Made by a program: the position numbers and the translations under genes. From NCBI GenBank assembly GCA_005240105.1, contig SBAT01000262.1, positions 1-37,996 of the forward strand: 37,996 nucleotides of DNA, in the 5' to 3' direction. Positions 33,608 to 37,996 of this stretch are shown piece by piece. The stretch comes from Chloroflexota bacterium. Its GTDB lineage: Bacteria > Cyanobacteriota > Vampirovibrionia > Obscuribacterales > Obscuribacteraceae. Position 1 is the first letter of the stretch. The number at the start of each line of letters is the position of its first letter. Under the pieces are notes generated by a model. That model was given only the letters and a program-made list of their open reading frames with translations, was not told the origin of the DNA and ran no database searches.

Positions 33608-34114
33608 CTAGAAGCGGCGGCTGCCGCCTTGATTCTGGGTAGGTTGCGCGCCATAGCTTCCATAGGTTGCCACGCCGCCTGAATTCTGTTGCCCGTAGCC
33701 AAAATTGGATCTGTCCGGCTTGTATTCGTTGTAAGTCTGTTGGTTTTGCCCCGGCGTATAGTAGTTTTGCTGCTGTTGCTGCGGCATATACATGTAACGA
33801 CGCTGTTGCTGGTAGCGCTGCGGATATCTCTGTTGCGGTTGCTTTGGTTGGTATATGTTGTCGCCTGGGGTTTTGATGGCGCCGCCATAATTTACGCTGG
33901 GCAAACTGGGATTGCCCTGGGGCTCGATTCCCTGCGCTGTTTTGCTCAAGGTGCCGGAGCCTATGTAAGTGGACGATGGGTTAGCCAGTCCGTTCTGGCT
34001 TTGGCGGACTACCCGACTGCCGCCGTATTCATAATGATGTTGAGCGCAAACCGGAAGGCAATTAGTACCCAAAAGGAAAAGCAAGCTGAAGGCAGAGAGT
34101 TTCATAAATTTCAA
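33608..34114 (-). CDS. Secreted low-complexity Q/N/Y/G-rich protein
   Basis: 168 aa. The signal peptide is MKFMKLSAFSLLFLLGTNCLPVCA. The mature part is dominated by Q, Y, G, N and P (...QPKQPQQRYPQRYQQQRRYMYMPQQQQQNYYTPGQNQQTYNEY...GYGQQNSGGVATYGSYGAQPTQNQGG). Confidence 0.6.
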   Translation of the reverse strand: MKFMKLSAFSLLFLLGTNCLPVCAQHHYEYGGSRVVRQSQNGLANPSSTYIGSGTLSKTAQGIEPQGNPSLPSVNYGGAIKTPGDNIYQPKQPQQRYPQRYQQQRRYMYMPQQQQQNYYTPGQNQQTYNEYKPDRSNFGYGQQNSGGVATYGSYGAQPTQNQGGSRRF

Positions 34115-34199
34115 ACCTAGTAAGTTTTCGGCTGAGCCGAACTAATGCTGACAACCAACATTCCCAGTTTACCTCGTTGTCAGTAGATTGCAAATGCTT

Positions 34200-34907
34200 T
34201 TAATCTACAAAGCGATACTTTAGGAGGGCCCAGATGGCGCCAAATCCGTCTATCCATGTGATTTTTTTGCCTTCACTGTAGTCTCGGCCGTAATAAGAGA
34301 TTGGCAGTTCATAGATCCTTACACCCTGCTTCAAGACTTTGGCTGTTATCTCCGGCTCAAAGTCAAAGCGGTTTGATCTAATGACGACCTTCTTGAACAC
34401 GTCCGATTTGAAGACTTTGTAGCAAGTCTCCATGTCCGTAATTGTGCAGTTGTAGAGAATGTTGGTTAGAAGCGTGAGAAATTTGTTGCCCACGTAATGC
34501 GTGAAATTGAAGGCTCTTGTTACAGCACCGCCGGATAACCTTGAACCATATACAACGTCGGCGTGACCTTGCAGAATTGGTCGTAATAGATTCGGGTATT
34601 CATCAGGACTGTACTCAAGGTCGGCATCTTGAATAAGTACGATGTCGCCTTCCGCCTTTGACTGTGCTGTGCGCAAGGCGGCACCCTTGCCTTGATTTTT
34701 GTCATGAAAAAATATACGTGCAGCATATTTACCAGGATCCAGTTCTTCTAGAATTTTTCGCGTGCCATCAGATGAGCCGTCATCGACGACAATGATTTCT
34801 TTCTCCAGCCCGCAAATATCTGCAGCTGAAACTGCCTCTAGAATGGCTATTATGGTTTTCGTTTCGTTGAAAACCGGCATCAATATAGAAAGTTTTTTTG
34901 ATTGCAT
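34200..34907 (-). CDS. Family-2 glycosyltransferase (polyprenyl-phosphate sugar synthase/DPM1-like)
   Basis: 235 aa with SILMPVFNE, VVDDGSSDGT, ...NQGKGAAL... and the DxD-type segment QDADLEY. Confidence 0.88.
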   Translation of the reverse strand: MQSKKLSILMPVFNETKTIIAILEAVSAADICGLEKEIIVVDDGSSDGTRKILEELDPGKYAARIFFHDKNQGKGAALRTAQSKAEGDIVLIQDADLEYSPDEYPNLLRPILQGHADVVYGSRLSGGAVTRAFNFTHYVGNKFLTLLTNILYNCTITDMETCYKVFKSDVFKKVVIRSNRFDFEPEITAKVLKQGVRIYELPISYYGRDYSEGKKITWIDGFGAIWALLKYRFVD

Positions 34908-34918
34908 AACAATGAAAC

Positions 34919-35644
34919 TCAGGCCGGCAGGGTAAGAGCGCGCTGGTGAGCGCTTAGCTCAAAGGAATCATCAAGTGATGATAATGCTATCTCACCGTAG
35001 CGACGCTTGAGCGCAAGTGCTATCAGATGATCGGCAAAGTGTGGGTTCTTGGGTAGTAATGATCCATGCAGATATGTGCCGAATATAGTTTTTTCGGCCA
35101 CACCCTCTAACTCGTCTTGGCCATTGTTGCCGTTGCCGGTTGTAACTTGCCCTAAAGCCTTGGATGCACCAAGAAACGTCTTGCCGCTGTGATTTTCAAA
35201 GCCAACGAGTGTTGAGCCGTCTTCTCTTTTTACAACAACATTGCCAATCATCCGCTTGTTGCCTGCCACCGTGTGGGCATCAATTAGTGATAAGCCGGGC
35301 AGCTCCGGACCTTCGTGCGGGCGATAGTAGTGTCCTAGCAGCTGATAGCCGCCGCAGATAGACAGTATTACCGCTCCAGCATCCGTTGCTTCTTGCAAAG
35401 CTTTCTTGTGTCTCTGCAGATCTTCGGCAATTACTTGTTGTTGCTTATCCTGTCCGCCACCGATGAAGTAAATGTCGTGTTTGCCGATGTCCAGTTTGTC
35501 GCCCAGCCCAAATGCTGTTACCTCAGCCGAGATGCCGCGCCATTCAGAACGTTTGACAAGAGTGAGGATGTTGCCTCGGTCTCCGTAGATGTTGAGAAAG
35601 TGCGCATATAGATGGCAGATGCGAATTTCAAGTTTTTCTTGCAT
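34919..35644 (-). CDS. gatD: Lipid II isoglutaminyl synthase glutaminase subunit GatD (CobQ/CobB-type GATase)
   Basis: 241 aa. From memory it is collinear with S. aureus GatD across these segments: DIYFIGGGQD, the nucleophile Cys in SICGGYQLLGHYY, VGFENHSGKT, G.GNNG and the catalytic His in GTYLHGSLLPKNP. Confidence 0.85.
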   Translation of the reverse strand: MQEKLEIRICHLYAHFLNIYGDRGNILTLVKRSEWRGISAEVTAFGLGDKLDIGKHDIYFIGGGQDKQQQVIAEDLQRHKKALQEATDAGAVILSICGGYQLLGHYYRPHEGPELPGLSLIDAHTVAGNKRMIGNVVVKREDGSTLVGFENHSGKTFLGASKALGQVTTGNGNNGQDELEGVAEKTIFGTYLHGSLLPKNPHFADHLIALALKRRYGEIALSSLDDSFELSAHQRALTLPA

Positions 35645-36053
35645 TTGTTCATGATACCGCCGGTGGCGGCAGAAAATACGGGACGAATTGACTTATCAAG
35701 CGGCAGTAGTTTGCAAGAGGCGCATAATGACTGGGTTCTATGAGGTGTTGGTGCTAATGCACTTACTATCAGACAATTGGCAAGTGTTTTTGTTTCTTGA
35801 CTAGCGGTTGCCATGAAACACCGTATTTATCAGCCTTTCCGTAGATTTGTGTCCGTATATATATTTTGCGGTGACGAGATGTATATTTGTTAACGATTTT
35901 TAAGAATCTTGTATATGGCTTCTCTAGTGGATTTGAGAGTACTCTCTATGTTGACTATTGTTTTTTATTTGACTTCGCACTATTCGCTCAGGGTGTCTGT
36001 GCGCTAACATAATCTTCAATAGGAGTTAGGTCATATTTCGAGGAGTGGTTCAT

Positions 36054-36617
36054 ATGAAAAAGGAGTTGGCAACTCTCGCAAGCGTAGCAATCGCTGTGTC
36101 TGCAAGTGCCTTCATTACTACAAGTCCTGCTAACGCTCAAGGAGCGACCAACATCAGCGAATTAACCGATGTTGTTGGCAACGAGTGGGCTTACAATGCT
36201 TTGAAAGAACTGGTTAACAACGAATGCCATATCTTGGTAGGTTATCCAGATCGCACGTTCCGTGGACAAAAGTCTGCGACACGTTTTGAATTGGCAGCTG
36301 CGCTGTACAAGTACGAGCAGTGCATTGCTGAAAGATTGGCCAAGAAAGCCGACAAGGCTGACTTGGAAAGACTGGCTGCGTTGCTCGAAGAGCTGCGTGG
36401 TGAGTTGAATGCTCTCAAAGCCCGCGTTGATGATCTCGAGCGTCGCATGAAGCTCGTAGAAGACAAAAACTGGGAACAAGATATGCGTCTCGCATATGCT
36501 GAAAGAGCTAAGGGTTTCTGGTGGGAGCGAGTAGTTAAGGGTACCGTTGTCGATGTTCGTGACATCGGTGTCGGTGTCGGACGTGCCGCAAGGGGCGTTT
36601 ACACCTACTTGTTCTAG
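36054..36617 (+). CDS. Small SLH-domain + coiled-coil protein with a beta-signal-like C-terminus
   Basis: ATG at 36054 follows GAGGAG at 8-nt spacing. The signal peptide is MKKELATLASVAIAVSASAFITTSPANA. The SLH motif reads LTDVVGNEWAYNALKELVNNECHILVGYPDRTFRGQKSATRFELAAAL. A heptad coiled coil follows (LERLAALLEELRGELNALKARVDDLERRMKLVE). The protein ends ...RGVYTYLF. Confidence 0.85.
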   Translation: MKKELATLASVAIAVSASAFITTSPANAQGATNISELTDVVGNEWAYNALKELVNNECHILVGYPDRTFRGQKSATRFELAAALYKYEQCIAERLAKKADKADLERLAALLEELRGELNALKARVDDLERRMKLVEDKNWEQDMRLAYAERAKGFWWERVVKGTVVDVRDIGVGVGRAARGVYTYLF

Positions 36618-36642
36618 GAAAAATTTGACCTGAACTCCTTGG

Positions 36643-36677
36643 AGATCCCGCTGGTTATGCCAGCGGGATCTTGTCTC
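36643..36677 (+). terminator. Intrinsic terminator after the SLH gene
   Basis: A 12-bp stem pairs agatcccgctgg (36643-36654) with ccagcgggatct (36660-36671) around the loop ttatg. A T-rich tail tgtctc follows. Confidence 0.8.
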
Positions 36678-36704
36678 AGGTAATAATAGAAACCCGGTAG
36701 TAAA

Positions 36705-37499
36705 GTGTCATCATCATTTAAAAACGAGCTGAGCTTTGCTCTGAAAATCGTCGAAGAGGCCGGAAAGCTAGCCCTGCGATACTTTCATGCTGGAGTTTCT
36801 GCTGACATGAAGTCTGATAATACGCCGGTCACGGTTGCAGACAAAGAAGTGGAGGAAATGATCCGCTTAGCAATTGCCAAAGAGTTTCCTAACGATGAAA
36901 TTCTTGGTGAGGAAAGTTCTTCAGGTTTGCCATTGCCTGGCTCGAACGCAGCTCATGGCAGGCGCTGGATTGTTGATCCCATTGATGGTACTTACAACTT
37001 TGCTCGAGGCGTGCCTATTTTTTCCACGATGCTTGCTCTAGAGGTGGATGGTGACATAAAGCTTGGTATCATCCATAACCCTGCCGGAGATGGCGACACC
37101 TTTTGGGCTGAGAAGGGTGCGGGAGCCTTTAAAAATGGCAGTGGTTTGCACGTATCTAAAATAGACAACTTGGAAGAAAGCCAGTTCAATTTTGGTTCGC
37201 CGAAACGGATACTGGCCCGTGGGCTATGGAATGGATTTACAAAACTTGTCGCAAGTACCTATCGCCAGCGTGGTTTTGGTGACTATTTGAGCTTTGCGCA
37301 TCTACTGGAAGGCAAAGCAGAGCTGGCTTTGGAGGTAGGGCTAAAACCATGGGATTTGGCTGCCGTGAAGATAATTGCCCAGGAGGCTGGCGGTAAATAT
37401 TACGATCTCAATGGCGGCGAATCCATCTATACGGGCGATTGCCTAATTACCAACGGGTCTTTGGACGATCTGCCCTTAAAAGTATTATTAGAGACCTAA
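36705..37499 (+). CDS. Inositol monophosphatase-family phosphatase (SuhB/HisN-like)
   Basis: 264 aa with a GTG start. It carries the ILGEE motif, the metal-binding motif WIVDPIDGTYNFARGVP, and KPWDLAA near the C-terminus. Confidence 0.88.
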   Translation: MSSSFKNELSFALKIVEEAGKLALRYFHAGVSADMKSDNTPVTVADKEVEEMIRLAIAKEFPNDEILGEESSSGLPLPGSNAAHGRRWIVDPIDGTYNFARGVPIFSTMLALEVDGDIKLGIIHNPAGDGDTFWAEKGAGAFKNGSGLHVSKIDNLEESQFNFGSPKRILARGLWNGFTKLVASTYRQRGFGDYLSFAHLLEGKAELALEVGLKPWDLAAVKIIAQEAGGKYYDLNGGESIYTGDCLITNGSLDDLPLKVLLET

Positions 37500-37545
37500 C
37501 GGGGATCGCCACTAAGTGGGAATATGTAGATTGGAAGGTGGCTGA

Positions 37546-37996
37546 ATGAAGCAGTTCAGTTTATCGAGATCTATGAGAGCGCGCATGACCCTGGTCATGT
37601 CGGCCTCAGGCATCCTGCCAATTATTATTTGCCATCTCTTGGTTGCCGGTACTACCGGTTTTCGTTTTATCGAACTTGCCTGGTATGTTCCCCTATTACC
37701 CGTCCTGGTGGCTGTAAATTGGTTTTTGGCTGGTTTCGTTCTAATACCCATCAAGGAACTGTTGGATTCAACAACGAAATTGGCGCATGCCGACATCAGG
37801 CAGAGATTGGACATTAGCCCCAATGAATTGAATGAAACATCTGAAGTTAGAAAGGCTTTCAATAGGCTTTTGAACCGCCTGGAAGAATCATTGAATATTC
37901 AGTGCCAGTTTGTAGCTGACGCCAGCCACGAATTACGGACGCCTTTAACCTCTATCCAAGGCTATACGAAACTCTTGCAGCGCAGAGGAACAGGTA
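37546..37996 (+). CDS. Sensor histidine kinase, 5' part (2 TM + HAMP-like linker + H-box); runs off the window end
   Basis: This ORF is absent from the supplied track because it has no stop in the window. I translated it by hand from ATG 37546 (after GGAAGGTGG): MKQFSLSRSMRARMTLVMSASGILPIIICHLLVAG...WYVPLLPVLVAVNWFLAGFVLIPIKELL...FNRLLNRLEESL...FVADASHELRTPLTSIQGYTKLLQRRGTG. The His codon is at 37927-37929. There is no stop through 37996. Confidence 0.85.
   Translation, partial: MKQFSLSRSMRARMTLVMSASGILPIIICHLLVAGTTGFRFIELAWYVPLLPVLVAVNWFLAGFVLIPIKELLDSTTKLAHADIRQRLDISPNELNETSEVRKAFNRLLNRLEESLNIQCQFVADASHELRTPLTSIQGYTKLLQRRGTG

Noticed and set aside
33689-34120. 143-aa Leu-rich plus-strand ORF opposite the Q-rich gene
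   Set aside because: Leu-rich (CTG/TTG) antisense frames are the expected mirror of CAG/CAA-rich coding sequence. The minus-strand frame has a proper Sec signal peptide and fits the operon direction.
34121-34183. Hairpins TTCGGC-tga-GCCGAA (34127-34141) and CTGACAAC...GTTGTCAG (34148-34183) between the GT2 and the Q-rich gene, considered as terminators
   Set aside because: On the transcribed minus strand neither stem is followed by a U-tract, and the second has a 20-nt loop. They cannot be called intrinsic terminators. They might be mRNA-processing or stability elements, but the evidence is weak.
37512-37862. 116-aa minus-strand ORF at the right end
   Set aside because: The opposite strand encodes a clear histidine kinase N-terminus (TM-TM-HAMP-H-box), so this ORF is an antisense shadow.
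1-37996. Defence island, prophage, integron, CRISPR array, tRNA/rRNA genes or IS elements
   Set aside because: I found no nuclease, ATPase, methylase, integrase or transposase-like ORFs. There are no regularly spaced repeat arrays and no tRNA-like GGTTCGAATCC-type arms in any intergenic spacer. Composition is uniform apart from the AT-rich promoter region at 35800-36040.

Overview
This is a gene-dense (~90% coding) chromosomal segment of about 47% GC with 33 supportable protein-coding genes. I found no rRNA, tRNA, CRISPR array, transposase, integrase or phage genes. The housekeeping backbone is clear: queA, queG, secD-secF, ppsA, the yceD-rpmF-plsX-fabH-fabD block, an SDR, a saccharopine-dehydrogenase-family enzyme, an amidohydrolase and an inositol-monophosphatase-family enzyme. 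An SLH-domain protein, beta-barrel OMPs ending in aromatic residues and very large hybrid kinases suggest a diderm with SLH-type outer-membrane tethering (Cyanobacteria/Melainabacteria-like or similar). That taxon guess is low confidence. I do not see a recognisable defence island or mobile element. The less ordinary content falls into four groups. (1) At the left end (2-9343) there is a KdpD-C-terminal/KdpE-type two-component pair with no kdpFABC. It is co-operonic with a CaCA exchanger and surrounded by a porin, a TGA-interrupted OMP gene, an orphan secreted hairpin protein and an APC permease. Three intergenic sites in this cluster carry an 11-bp-phased TCTTGATAG direct repeat, which looks like an OmpR-family operator. 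(2) A membrane-anchored thioredoxin-fold protein with a CPC motif precedes a 1.2-kaa kinase with an unassigned His-rich 6-TM sensor and two complete kinase cores. This pair sits between queA and queG and is translationally coupled to queG. (3) There are two candidate c-di-GMP receptors: a 92-aa stand-alone MshEN-like protein and a GGDEF protein with a degenerate SAEEF active site and an intact RxxD I-site. (4) An envelope cluster holds gatD without murT, a GT2, a secreted Q/N/Y-rich protein and a miniature SLH-coiled-coil protein. All functional interpretations are by-eye motif recognition and need HMM or structure searches.
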